Of a DNA stretch of 64,000 nt, positions 1 through 9,353 are shown in pieces. Source of the DNA: Gemmatimonadales bacterium. Its GTDB lineage: Bacteria; Gemmatimonadota; Gemmatimonadetes; Gemmatimonadales; GWC2-71-9. Numbering within the stretch: position 1 is the stretch's first letter; the number at the start of each line of letters is the position of its first letter. Both the position numbers and the translations under genes were made by a program. The DNA lies in NCBI GenBank assembly GCA_965249575.1, contig OZ252244.1, positions 1,792,001 to 1,856,000 of the forward strand, given 5' to 3'. The notes below the pieces were generated by a model. The model was given only the letters and a program-made list of their open reading frames with translations, ran no database searches and was not told the origin of the DNA.

Positions 1-231
1 CCGCAACTTAGCCAACGCTTTCCGCGCGAGGAACGTGACGTTCAACCCGTCGACGAAGACCTCGCCGCTGTCGGGATTGAGCAGGCCGTTGATGTGCTTC
101 AACAGGACACTCTTGCCGACCCCCGACGCGCCCAGCAGCGCGACGGTCTCCCCCTGCTGGACCGTGAAATCCACCCCGTCGAGGACGATGAGGTCCCCGA
201 ACCGCTTGTAGACGTCCTTGAGCTCGATCAC
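1..231 (-). CDS. mlaF: ABC transporter ATP-binding protein, MlaF family (5' part, runs off window)
   Basis: Manual translation MIELKDVYKRFGDLIVLDGVDFTVQQGETVALLGASGVGKS with Walker A; directly downstream of mlaE. Confidence 0.88.
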   Translation of the reverse strand, partial: MIELKDVYKRFGDLIVLDGVDFTVQQGETVALLGASGVGKSVLLKHINGLLNPDSGEVFVDGLNVTFLARKALAKLR

Positions 232-298
232 GGGTGCCGAACGCTAGTCAAGCACTGAACTCCTTCACTGAAGCAGAACGTTGGTGAGAGCTGAGCAA

Positions 299-1138
299 TC
301 ACTTGAGCAGAACGTTGGTCAAGAGTGCATCGAGAAAGAGGATCAAGACCGACGCGCTGACGACCGCGCCGGTGGTCGCGCGGCCCACACCCTCTGCCCC
401 CTGCTGCGTGTTCATCCCCATGTAACAGGGGATGAGCGTGATGGCCAGCCCGAAACAGAGGGACTTGATCATCGAATAGTACATGTCGAACGGCTTGAAG
501 AAGTATCGCGCGCCGTAGATGAAGTCGGCGTTCGTGATCTCGAACGAGGTGCGCGCCGCCGCCCAACCGGAGATGATGCCGACGAGGTCGGCGATCAACA
601 CGAGCGCCGGCAACATGAGCGTGCCGGCGATGACCCGCGGAATGATCAGGTGCGTGACCGGCGACCGCCCGAGGCTCTCGAGCGCGTCGATCTGCTCGGT
701 GACCCGCATCGTCCCCAGCTCGGCGGCGAACCGGGCGCCCACCCGCCCCGCCAGCAGCAGCGCGGTCAGCACCGGACCCAGCTCTAGGACGATCGACTCG
801 ACGATCACGCTGCCCACGATGTAAATCGGGATGTTGCCCGTAAATTGATAGCTGGTCTGCAGCGCGATCACGGCCCCCGCGAACCCCGCCGTCAACAGCA
901 CGATGAACAGCGACCCGTAGGCAATGCCCTGCGCCTGCTCGAACGCCCGCGGCACCCAGATCCGCCACTCCGCGAGCCCCCGGATCATCTCGATGATGAG
1001 ATAGGAAATCCGGCCCATGTGGCTCGCCGACGTGAGCGTGATCTTCCCCGCCAACCGGCGGACATCCAGCGTCGTGTCGTGACGCTTGTACGCCGCCGTC
1101 AGGCGCCATTCGTCGGAGGAGCGGGTGGGGTCGGCCAT
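299..1138 (-). CDS. mlaE: MlaE family lipid ABC transporter permease
   Basis: ELGPVLTALLLAGRVGARFAAELGTMRVTEQIDALESLG and GAEGVGRATT motifs. Confidence 0.93.
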   Translation of the reverse strand: MADPTRSSDEWRLTAAYKRHDTTLDVRRLAGKITLTSASHMGRISYLIIEMIRGLAEWRIWVPRAFEQAQGIAYGSLFIVLLTAGFAGAVIALQTSYQFTGNIPIYIVGSVIVESIVLELGPVLTALLLAGRVGARFAAELGTMRVTEQIDALESLGRSPVTHLIIPRVIAGTLMLPALVLIADLVGIISGWAAARTSFEITNADFIYGARYFFKPFDMYYSMIKSLCFGLAITLIPCYMGMNTQQGAEGVGRATTGAVVSASVLILFLDALLTNVLLK

Positions 1139-1143
1139 GAAAG

Positions 1144-1300
1144 AGGTGCCAGGTTCCAGGTGTCAGGTGGCAGGTGGCAGGTGGCAGCTAGGTACCGGGT
1201 CTCAGGTGCCAGGAGGCTTCGTCGCTTGCAGGGCGCATGGAAGTTAGCATTGGGTACCCCTGAAACCTGACACCCGGCACCTGCATCTTACATCTTGCCC
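1144..1300. repeat. Intergenic heptamer arrays (AGGTGKC)n facing an inverted (CCTGACA)-like array
   Basis: aggtgcc aggttcc aggtgtc aggtggc aggtggc aggtggc at 1144-1187; cctgaaa cctgaca cccggca cctgca at about 1259-1285. Confidence 0.8.
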
Positions 1301-1302
1301 TG

Positions 1303-1983
1303 ATGCCACTCCTCAGTCCACCCCCCAACTCCCTCCCCTTCAAGCGCCGGCTGCTCAACTGGTATCGGAAGTCCGCGAGGAGCCTTCCGTGGCGGGAGAC
1401 GCGGGACCCATACCGTATCGTGGTGTCGGAATTCATGCTGCAGCAGACGCAGGTGTCGCGGGTGGCGGAGTACTACACGCGATTCCTGAAGCGCTATCCC
1501 ACCGTGGCCGACCTGGCCCGCGCCAAGCCCGCGGCGGTGCGGGAGTCGTGGGAGGGACTCGGCTACTACCGCCGAGCGGAGAACTTGCACCGGCTCGCCC
1601 GGACGGTCGTGAACGATTTGAGCGGTGAGATCCCCAGCGATCCGGCCGTGCTCGAGTTGCTGCCCGGTGTCGGCCGGTATACCGCCGGGGCGGTCGCGAG
1701 CTTCGCCTACGAGCGCCCGGTCCCGGCGGTCGACACGAACGTGGCCCGGGTGCTCCGCCGCGCGTTCCGGCCCCGCCTACCCAAGGGAGCCAAGGGAATA
1801 CACGCGCTCTGGGACATCGCGCGCCGCATCGTACCCAAACGTGGCCGCACCGCATGGGCGTTCAATCAGGCGCTGATGGACCTGGGGGCGAGGGTGTGCA
1901 AGCCACGCGGGCCGAAATGCGGGGAGTGCCCGGTGAGGCCCGCATGCAAAACGGGGAGAAAATGGGAAGAGCTCAACCCATAA
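1303..1983 (+). CDS. mutY: A/G-specific adenine glycosylase, short form without C-terminal MutT-like domain
   Basis: LPWR..DPY..VSEFMLQQTQV, WEGLGYYRRA, HhH LPGVGRYTAGA, VDTNVARV, 4Fe-4S motif CxxxxxxCxxCxxxxxC. Confidence 0.92.
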   Translation: MPLLSPPPNSLPFKRRLLNWYRKSARSLPWRETRDPYRIVVSEFMLQQTQVSRVAEYYTRFLKRYPTVADLARAKPAAVRESWEGLGYYRRAENLHRLARTVVNDLSGEIPSDPAVLELLPGVGRYTAGAVASFAYERPVPAVDTNVARVLRRAFRPRLPKGAKGIHALWDIARRIVPKRGRTAWAFNQALMDLGARVCKPRGPKCGECPVRPACKTGRKWEELNP

Positions 1984-2019
1984 CCCCTAACCCCTGGGGA
2001 GAGTGGGGTCGGGGGGACG

Positions 2020-2478
2020 CTACATAACCGTCGCTCCCAACAGCGCAATCAGAAGCAGCACTCCCGCAATCGACGACACGATGGCCTGGCGTTTTCTCAG
2101 GCGCTCGAGGATCTCGGGGTTCTGGCCTTCTTCCAGCAGCGGCGAGAGGCCGGCTTGCTTGACCGCCGTTGGGAGCCCGACGAGCAGTGCGAGCATCGCA
2201 GCGATGATTCCCGAGAGCTGCATGACCGCGATGCCGGACTGGCCGAGTCGCTCGCCCAGACCCATCTGCACCAGCTGACCGCTCAATACCAATCCCGACA
2301 CGACCGTGAGTATCGCGCCAGTGCCGATGACCATACCGTGGATCTTGGCCAGCAGGCGATAGGCAACCGCGCGCGCCGCGGGCGGTTCCGGACGTGCGGA
2401 GAAGGCCAAGACCATCGCCGCCACGGCCCCACCCAGCCAGAGGCTGATTCCGAGAAAGTGTACGAAGCGGATGAGCAT
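2020..2478 (-). CDS. Four-TM membrane protein (DUF2269-like)
   Basis: N-terminal FVHFLGISLWLGG and four hydrophobic helices. Confidence 0.65.
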   Translation of the reverse strand: MLIRFVHFLGISLWLGGAVAAMVLAFSARPEPPAARAVAYRLLAKIHGMVIGTGAILTVVSGLVLSGQLVQMGLGERLGQSGIAVMQLSGIIAAMLALLVGLPTAVKQAGLSPLLEEGQNPEILERLRKRQAIVSSIAGVLLLIALLGATVM

Positions 2479-2555
2479 GTTACCTCGATGTCAGTAGGGG
2501 ATCGGGCTCAATAGTAGCGGGCAACCCACCCATCCGTGGGTAGGGGCGGCGTCAA

Positions 2556-2618
2556 CCACTCACCACTCACTACTCACACTCACTGCTCACTACTCACTAC
2601 TCACTACTCACTACTCAC
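2556..2618. repeat. Heptamer tandem array (CTCACTA)n
   Basis: ccactcaccactcactactcacactcactgctcactactcactactcactactcactactcacc; overlaps the stop codon of the DUF2203 gene. Confidence 0.85.
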
Positions 2619-3035
2619 CGCGGAGGTGATCTTCTGCCGTCCCGCATATCCACCCTCGATCTCGTGCCAGTGCTCGACGGCTGGCTCGCCGAGCTTCCAG
2701 CAGAGGAAGATGTCGCGGTCTTCGTGGCGGCTGTAGAAATCGACGAGGCCATCCTCGAAGCCTTTGAGCACGCAGCCGATCTGTGACAGCTCCCCGAGGT
2801 AATCGTTGATGCGGTGAGCGCTCCGGTCCACCTCCGTTCGCAGACGCTCCTGCTGGGGCGTTTCGGTCTTGAGCGAGGTGGAGCCGGCGGCGACCAGCTC
2901 GTACGCGCGCACACAGTCGCGCCACTCCGCGAACTCGTCCACGATGTCGGTAACCACCCGGCGGACGAGGGGAAGCGAGCGGTTTGCCTGCTCGAGCGTG
3001 AAGTACTTGGCTTCCATCTCGGGGTTCATGCTCAT
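2604..3035 (-). CDS. DUF2203 family protein
   Basis: YFTLEQANRSLPLVR, GCVLKG..GLVDF, FLCWKLGE..VEHWH..GGYAGR. Confidence 0.88.
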   Translation of the reverse strand: MSMNPEMEAKYFTLEQANRSLPLVRRVVTDIVDEFAEWRDCVRAYELVAAGSTSLKTETPQQERLRTEVDRSAHRINDYLGELSQIGCVLKGFEDGLVDFYSRHEDRDIFLCWKLGEPAVEHWHEIEGGYAGRQKITSAVSSE

Positions 3036-3059
3036 GGGTCGTGGAGTGGCCGCGAGCCG

Positions 3060-3896
3060 CTAGCGGCCCTCTTTCCACGCGTTGAGCGCACGGTACGCCG
3101 CACGATACCCTTCCTCCAAATAGACGGTCATGTTGCCGACGGCGAACGTGGCACCGGGCTGGACGGCGGGCTCGACCAGCACGAGAGGAATACCCTTTCC
3201 CCGCCACCGCGCCACCGTTTCGCCGATCTGATTGGCCATCAGAATCCGCGTGGTCATGTTGTGCGCCTGCAGCATTCCGGGCAAGGGCTTGCCGCCGCCC
3301 TCGGGCTCGGCGAGTGTAGGGCCGACGTTCACCGCGAACACGACATCGGGATCGAATCCCGCCGCGATATCGAGCGGCAGCACCGCGCGCAGCCCTCCAT
3401 CCACGTAATCCCGGGCGCCAATCGCCACGGGCGGGTAGAACACCGGCAGCGCGCACGTTGCGACGAGCGCCTCGATGAGCGGGATGTCAGAGCGTCCGCC
3501 GTAGCCGAACAACACCAGCTCGCCGCTCGCCCTGTCCACGGCGGTGACCGTGAGCGGCGTCTCCAGCTCGTCGAACCGTCGCGCGGGCACCAGGGTCGAG
3601 ATCGCGTTTCGGAGTGGCGTGTTCTTGAGCAGCCGGTGGGCGAACGGACCGAGCAGCGCTGCGGGTGACAGCGCCGCTACGTCCCGGCGCTTGACGTTCG
3701 ACAGGCGAACGAGCGCCTCGTCGTAGGTCAACCCGCTCGCGAAGATGGCCCCGATCACCGCGCCCATCGACGTGCCCACGAAGTGACTCGGCGAGAGGTC
3801 CCACTCGCTCAGCGCCTTCAAAGCCCCGACGTGGGCGGCGCTCTTCGCCCCGCCCCCGCTCAGCACGCACACGACCCGGGAGTAGCGCACGCTCAA
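3060..3896 (-). CDS. Patatin-like phospholipase
   Basis: LSGGGAK, GTSMG (catalytic Ser), DGG. Confidence 0.92.
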   Translation of the reverse strand: MSVRYSRVVCVLSGGGAKSAAHVGALKALSEWDLSPSHFVGTSMGAVIGAIFASGLTYDEALVRLSNVKRRDVAALSPAALLGPFAHRLLKNTPLRNAISTLVPARRFDELETPLTVTAVDRASGELVLFGYGGRSDIPLIEALVATCALPVFYPPVAIGARDYVDGGLRAVLPLDIAAGFDPDVVFAVNVGPTLAEPEGGGKPLPGMLQAHNMTTRILMANQIGETVARWRGKGIPLVLVEPAVQPGATFAVGNMTVYLEEGYRAAYRALNAWKEGR

Positions 3897-4372
3897 GTTC
3901 CGGCGGCCCGCTCCTTCAGGTGCCGCTTCCTGCGCTCGGCGCCGGCAGCGTTCCGCCGCCGCTCGACGTCGGTCTCCGGCACCACCGGCGCGACCGGCCG
4001 CGGCCGGCCCTTCTCGTCGATCGCGACGAAGGTGGCGTAACAGCTGTTCGTGTGACGCCGCTCACCGGTGATGAGGTTCTCCGCCTGAATCCTCACCCCG
4101 ATCTCCATCGACGTCCGCCCAGTGAAGTTGACGCTCGCGTGCGCGGTCACCAGCTCGCCCACGTAAATCGGCTCGTGAAAGTCCACGCGGTCGACCGACA
4201 CCGTCACCACGTGCCCGCGCGCGTGCCGGATCGCCGCCACCGCCGCGACCCGGTCGACCAGCGACAGGATTACACCGCCGAACACGTTGCCCAACACGTT
4301 TGCCATATGCGGCATCATCAGCTCCGACATGATGGCGGCGGATTCGCGAACGGGGCGTGGGGTGAGGGACAT
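3893..4372 (-). CDS. Acyl-CoA thioesterase (hotdog fold, YciA type)
   Basis: PHMANVLGNVFGG, VTVSVD, GRTSMEIG, FVAID. Confidence 0.92.
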   Translation of the reverse strand: MSLTPRPVRESAAIMSELMMPHMANVLGNVFGGVILSLVDRVAAVAAIRHARGHVVTVSVDRVDFHEPIYVGELVTAHASVNFTGRTSMEIGVRIQAENLITGERRHTNSCYATFVAIDEKGRPRPVAPVVPETDVERRRNAAGAERRKRHLKERAAGT

Positions 4373-4377
4373 GGGAT

Positions 4378-4420
4378 GTGTCAGGTGTCAGGCGTCAGGT
4401 GTCAGGTGTCAGGTGTCAGG
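4378..4420. repeat. Heptamer tandem array (TGTCAGG)n
   Basis: tgtcagg tgtcagg cgtcagg tgtcagg tgtcagg tgtcagg. Confidence 0.88.
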
Positions 4421-4622
4421 GTTGCGGCGAAGATAGCGAGTTCAAGTGAGGAGGCCACCCCGTTCCACCCCGCCCCGGAGTAAGGAGTAACGAGGCCGCT
4501 CCACCTAACCCCCGGATCACGGCGAGGCGTACCCTCCTCACTCCTCACTCGGCTGGGCAGGGGGGCGTGCGGGGCCTCCTCACCCCGGGTGCGCAATGGC
4601 GATCCACGGGGTAGGTAAAGCA

Positions 4623-6437
4623 TCAGTAGTCCACCGGGCGGAGGTAGTACTCCCCAATGGCCGTCCTGCTCACCATCGCCACGGTTGGGAGGCGCCGCTT
4701 CCAGTGCGTGGAGGAGAGCCGACCGCGGACGACGTCTACCTCTTCTTCGGTGAATCCGCGCTCGACGATGCGCTCGGTGCGCCAGCCCTCGAGCAGGTCG
4801 TGCAAGATGAAATCGGCCTTGGCGTAGGAGATCCCGAGGTCGCCTTCGTCGGTCTGTCCCTGGACGAGATCGGCGGTGGCGGGCTTCGAGACGATCTCGT
4901 CGGGGACGCCGAGGTACCTAGCCAGCTCCCACACCTGCGTCTTGAAGAGATCGCCGAGTGGATTGACCGGCGGCGAGTCGTCCGCGTGCCAGGTGAAGTA
5001 GCCGAGCAGGCGCTCGGTCTTGTTGCCGGTGCCGAGCGGGAGCGCGCCGAGCCCGGCCGAGAGATCGAACAGGGCGACCATGCGCGTCCGAGCCATGACG
5101 TTCCCTCGACGCCGGGGATCGCCTTTCTCTCCCAATGCCGAAAAGTATCCATCGACCGGTTTGGAGATGTCGACGGTTCTGAGCTCGATGCCGAGCTTTT
5201 GCACCACCAACTCGCCATGCTCTAGGCTCTCGGCGCTCGAGGTCCGATACGGGAGCCTCAAGCCGATCACGTTCTCCCTGCCAAGGGCCCTCGCCGCGAG
5301 GAACGCAGTGACCGAGCTGTCCACTCCGCCAGAGAGGGCGACGATTCCCCGCTCGAATCCCCTGCGGCGCACGACCTCGTCCTTCAGGAACTCGGTCAGC
5401 CACCGCGCGACCAACTCGGGATCGATGGCCAGCGGATCGAGCGGAGTCGTAGTGGTCACCACCGGCAGCGACGCCGCGCCGGCCGGTTTGGTCTTCGTCC
5501 CGGTGCCGCCCGCGTCGCCGAACTCGGGCACCGCGTCACCGGAGCGGGCCTGGCTCAGCAGGTTGGGGAGCTTGGCCTCGAGATCGGCCAGTAGCGGCAA
5601 CGCCGCGCGCGCCCGCGTGAGGTCGTCCATGTCGAGGCTAGCGGTGACCAGCGCCTCGTCGAACGACGGACCGCGCGTCATCACGTGGCCACTCGGCCCG
5701 ATGACGAACGAGCTGCCCTGGAATCCCTTCCCACCCTCGAAGCCGACCAGCTGGGACAACGCCACGTAGAGCCCGTGCTCCTCGGCGATCCGCACCAGCA
5801 ACCGCTCCCACAGGTGGACGCTGCCGGCGCGCGGCTCGTCGTCGCAGTCCTCCTGGTGCGCACCCCTTCTCGCCGCCGGCGCGACCCCGCGCGCCGGCGA
5901 CGCGCTCGGCACGATCAGCACTTGCGCGCCCCGGAGTGCGGCGAGTGTGGGAACGATCGAATGCCAGGCGTCTTCGCAGATGACCATCGCCGCTCGGCCC
6001 CACGCGGTATCGAACGCCTGAACCGCGTGCCCCGCGTCCACGAACCGCTCCTCATCGAAAACGCCGTATGTCGGAAGGAAGATCTTGCGGTGCACGTGCC
6101 GGATGCCCGGCTGTGATCCGCCCAGCGAGGCATAGAGCGCGGCGTTGTAGTAGCGGTTCTTCAGCTCCTCGTAGAAGCCGATGGTCACGTCCATCGGCGG
6201 CGCCTTCTCCGCAGCGTGCTGTGCCTGCAGATCGCGGAACAGCGTTCCGGCCGTCACCGCAACCTCCCGCACCCCGCCCTCCACGAAATACCCGGACATC
6301 GCGGTCTCGGGGAACACCACCAGGTCGGGCGGCTCATCCATGTCCGCCACCTGCGCCAACACGCCTCCCACCCGACGCAGGTTCTCCGCGTAGTCACCCT
6401 TCCGGGGGCGGATCTGGGCCAGGGCCAAGTGGAGCAT
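4623..6437 (-). CDS. nadE: Glutamine-dependent NAD+ synthetase
   Basis: Nitrilase domain (FPE, K, ICEDAW) plus LSGGVDS, GNVMARTRM, GTGNKTE, PLGDLFKTQV. Confidence 0.95.
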   Translation of the reverse strand: MLHLALAQIRPRKGDYAENLRRVGGVLAQVADMDEPPDLVVFPETAMSGYFVEGGVREVAVTAGTLFRDLQAQHAAEKAPPMDVTIGFYEELKNRYYNAALYASLGGSQPGIRHVHRKIFLPTYGVFDEERFVDAGHAVQAFDTAWGRAAMVICEDAWHSIVPTLAALRGAQVLIVPSASPARGVAPAARRGAHQEDCDDEPRAGSVHLWERLLVRIAEEHGLYVALSQLVGFEGGKGFQGSSFVIGPSGHVMTRGPSFDEALVTASLDMDDLTRARAALPLLADLEAKLPNLLSQARSGDAVPEFGDAGGTGTKTKPAGAASLPVVTTTTPLDPLAIDPELVARWLTEFLKDEVVRRRGFERGIVALSGGVDSSVTAFLAARALGRENVIGLRLPYRTSSAESLEHGELVVQKLGIELRTVDISKPVDGYFSALGEKGDPRRRGNVMARTRMVALFDLSAGLGALPLGTGNKTERLLGYFTWHADDSPPVNPLGDLFKTQVWELARYLGVPDEIVSKPATADLVQGQTDEGDLGISYAKADFILHDLLEGWRTERIVERGFTEEEVDVVRGRLSSTHWKRRLPTVAMVSRTAIGEYYLRPVDY

Positions 6438-6586
6438 TACGAAAAGATAGCATGCCCACAGTGAGGGGGGGCCGCCCGGCCCCGCCTATCGAGTGAGGAG
6501 CGAGGAGTCCACTCCCCTCACTCCCAACCTGCATCGGGCCTGGTTGGCACTCCTCAATCGGCGGAGTGGGGAGGGGCGGGGCCTCC

Positions 6587-7420
6587 TCACGGGAGGGGCA
6601 GAGCGTGGGCGGGGGCAAACAGCGCCCGCCCGTGCTCCTCCCTCCCGTACTCCCCGATCATCTCCTGCACTTCATCGGACAACAGAAAGGCGTGGAGGCG
6701 CTGGGCGCCGCCGTGGTTCACCCAGGAATAGCCTTTCGGGTTGGTCAAGATGACGTGATACGGATTGTGTAGTAGCGAGTCACCCTCGGCGAGCGGGATG
6801 AGGTCGAGGGGCGCCGCATGTCTCAGGAACGTGCCGAGGTCGGACAGGGTGTAGGCCCGAAGCTCGTTGGCGATCTGGAGCGTCGCGCTCATGCCCTGCC
6901 CCGACTCCAGATGCCAGGCGGGGTCGGGTGCCGCCGTCGAGCGACCCCAGAGGGTGTCTTCCTTGACGTGCGTCCCCGAACGGTCGCCGCGGGATACGAA
7001 GGTCCCTCCGGCCATCGCTATCCCCGCGAGCGCTTGCGGAGCGTCCGTTAGGCCCCGCACACCCGCCGGATCGTCGGGCGGGCCGACGATGATGAATTCG
7101 TTCCTCATTAAAGGGCGGCGCTCGAGACCGAACCCCTCGGTGACGAAGCGCTCTTCGCCGGCGGGATCGTGCAGGATGAGAATGTCGGCCTCGCCGCGGC
7201 GGCCCAGCTCCATCGCCTGTCCGCTACCGACGGCGACGACCTTCACCGTGTAGCCCGATTCCCCCTGAAAGTGTGGCAACAGGTAGTCGAGTAGCCCGGC
7301 ATCCCGTACCGAGGTCGTGGTGGCGAGAATGATCTGGTCATTTGACACCTGCGCCGCCGCTGGGCGGGGCGGCGCGGCGAGAAGAAGCGCGGAGGTGATC
7401 CAGAGGCCGCGCGCGCTCAG
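6587..7420 (-). CDS. tupA: Tungstate ABC transporter substrate-binding protein (probable CTG start at 7420)
   Basis: ATTTS..D.GLL, VGSGQA, FVSRGDRSGTH. In-frame upstream extension LSARGLWITSALLLAAPPRPAAAQ is a signal peptide. Confidence 0.85.
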   Translation of the reverse strand: MSARGLWITSALLLAAPPRPAAAQVSNDQIILATTTSVRDAGLLDYLLPHFQGESGYTVKVVAVGSGQAMELGRRGEADILILHDPAGEERFVTEGFGLERRPLMRNEFIIVGPPDDPAGVRGLTDAPQALAGIAMAGGTFVSRGDRSGTHVKEDTLWGRSTAAPDPAWHLESGQGMSATLQIANELRAYTLSDLGTFLRHAAPLDLIPLAEGDSLLHNPYHVILTNPKGYSWVNHGGAQRLHAFLLSDEVQEMIGEYGREEHGRALFAPAHALPLP

Positions 7421-7986
7421 TTGATTGCCGTGTCCCCTTCGATCGGGACCGGGATCGGCTGGGTGGGCCGGACATCTTCAGCGCCTCCGCCAATGAAGCG
7501 CCCCATCGCGGCGGCGGCGAATAACAGGAGCACCACCGCTCCCCACCGCATGATCCTCCGCTTTACGTTGGGCTTGAGCCGCGCCCTGAGCTCGACGTTC
7601 TCCTGCCGGAGCGCCGCCTTCTCGGCCGCCTTCTCGACCGAGGCCTGCAGGTGCGGCATGTCGATCGGCTTGGTGAGGAAGTTCTCGGCCCCGAGACGCA
7701 TGGCCTCGACGGCGGTCTCCACCTCTCCGTATCCCGTGAGCAACAACACCATAGCTTCGGGATAGTCCTGGCGAATCGCCTCGAGTACCTGCATCCCCGA
7801 CATATCCGGCATATACAGGTCGAGCACCGCTACGTCGGGGCGAATGCGCTTGAAGAGCTCCAGCCCCTCCTGACCGGTCCCTGCCTTGTAGACGTCGTGG
7901 CCAAGCCGCTCGAAGTACTCACCTAGAGCGTTGAGCAGCAGCTCATCGTCGTCAACGAACAACACACGGTACCTGGACACGGTCAT
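7417..7986 (-). CDS. Response regulator receiver domain with C-terminal transmembrane helix
   Basis: VDDD, LDLYMPDMSG, LTGYG, FLTKP; then WGAVVLLLFAAAAMG. Confidence 0.85.
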   Translation of the reverse strand: MTVSRYRVLFVDDDELLLNALGEYFERLGHDVYKAGTGQEGLELFKRIRPDVAVLDLYMPDMSGMQVLEAIRQDYPEAMVLLLTGYGEVETAVEAMRLGAENFLTKPIDMPHLQASVEKAAEKAALRQENVELRARLKPNVKRRIMRWGAVVLLLFAAAAMGRFIGGGAEDVRPTQPIPVPIEGDTAIN

Positions 7987-8008
7987 CCCTCTCTGCGGTC
8001 GGGCCTAA

Positions 8009-8824
8009 TTAGAATAATTCCACCTGCTCCTGCAAGGTTTCCGGCTCGACGGGCCTCTGCCCGACCATCCGCTGGAACTCACGCGCCGTGTGGGGACTGT
8101 GACCCTGGTAGTGGTTGTTGAAGTAGCCGAACATCGTCTTGACCCGCCCGGCGAGAGCCGCGAGTGCCATCGCCCACATCGACAACTCGCGGGATCGGTC
8201 GACCTGAACGGCGGAGTAATCGGTGAAGCGCCGGTTGTGCCCCATCCATCGCACGTAGCCGAAGTCGGCCGTGGGGTCCCGGGCGTGGTCGAGCATTGAC
8301 CGGCGCCGGATCCACCGCCCGTCGACCAGCGTGAGCGCCACGTTGTGACGCCTCAGCAGGTCGAGGGTGTCGCTGTTCAGCCACTGGGAATGGCGGAACT
8401 CGATCGCCCAGCGGAACTGGTCCGATAGTCCTTCGACGAAGCCGCGGAGGTCGCGGCGCGTGTCCGCGTTGGGCTTGAACTCCGGGCTCAGCTGGAGCAG
8501 GAGGGGCCCCAACCGGTCGCCCAAGATCTCTGCGCGCCTCAGGAAGCGGGCCAGCACCGGCTCTGCATCGACCAAACGTTGCTCGTGGGTGACCTGTTGC
8601 GGGATCTTGAGTGAAAACAAGAAACCCTCGGACACGCGGTCCCTCCACGCGGCCACCACGGGCTCCGCGGGGATCGCGTAGAACGTCGAGTCGATCTCTA
8701 CTGTATCGAAGGCGCGAGCGTAGATGCCGAGCATGTCCGGCGAACGGGTCCCCACCGGATAGAAGGGGCCCACCCACGCGGGGTAGTTCCAGCCTTGGGT
8801 GCCGAGCAGGACGTTCGCGGACAA
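8009..8824 (-). CDS. DUF72 family protein
   Basis: GTQGWNY..W..PFYP, VEIDSTFY, VTHE, LLQL.P, EFRH, YFNNHYQG. Confidence 0.92.
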   Translation of the reverse strand: MSANVLLGTQGWNYPAWVGPFYPVGTRSPDMLGIYARAFDTVEIDSTFYAIPAEPVVAAWRDRVSEGFLFSLKIPQQVTHEQRLVDAEPVLARFLRRAEILGDRLGPLLLQLSPEFKPNADTRRDLRGFVEGLSDQFRWAIEFRHSQWLNSDTLDLLRRHNVALTLVDGRWIRRRSMLDHARDPTADFGYVRWMGHNRRFTDYSAVQVDRSRELSMWAMALAALAGRVKTMFGYFNNHYQGHSPHTAREFQRMVGQRPVEPETLQEQVELF

Positions 8825-8826
8825 AC

Positions 8827-9267
8827 CTATCCCCCCGCCGCGTCGCCGCCCCGATGCCAGTACATCCGCATCTCCGAGATCTTGTCATCTGCGGTCTCGC
8901 AGAACACCGCTCCCCGAACGTCGATCCACTCGCCGGTGCGGCGCCGGCGAAACGTGCATTTGTACTCGCTGGCGAACCAGGGCCCGGCGACGAAAATCTC
9001 GCCGAATCTGAACGAAACCTCTGCCTGTTCCTTGGGGATGTCATTCCAGTACTGTTCTATGGCCGCCCGGCCCTCGAGCGCGTCATCGAATGGCGAGGGA
9101 TAGAACGCCGCATCGGCCGTGAACGCTTCGCTCATCGCGTCGGCCTTCCCGCGTTCCCAGCCCTCCCCGAACTGCGTGAGGAGCGCCTCGTATTGCTTCC
9201 GCCTTCGCTGGGCATCGTCCGACGCCGGCGCGATCAAGTCGTCTCCTCCTGGTGACGGGTCCGCCAT
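8827..9267 (-). CDS. SnoaL/NTF2-like family protein
   Basis: FTADA.F..SPF....GRAAI..YW pattern; in operon with DUF72. Confidence 0.8.
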   Translation of the reverse strand: MADPSPGGDDLIAPASDDAQRRRKQYEALLTQFGEGWERGKADAMSEAFTADAAFYPSPFDDALEGRAAIEQYWNDIPKEQAEVSFRFGEIFVAGPWFASEYKCTFRRRRTGEWIDVRGAVFCETADDKISEMRMYWHRGGDAAGG

Positions 9268-9353
9268 GATTCAAGATTAGGGACACGCGGCTGGCCAGGG
9301 AAGAGGGAACCGGCACTTTCTGCCTCCACGCTTGCGGCTCGTAACCGTCACGA

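Noticed and set aside
2556..2618. Heptamer arrays as CRISPR repeats or iterons
   Set aside because: Spacerless 7-bp units with no rep or cas gene
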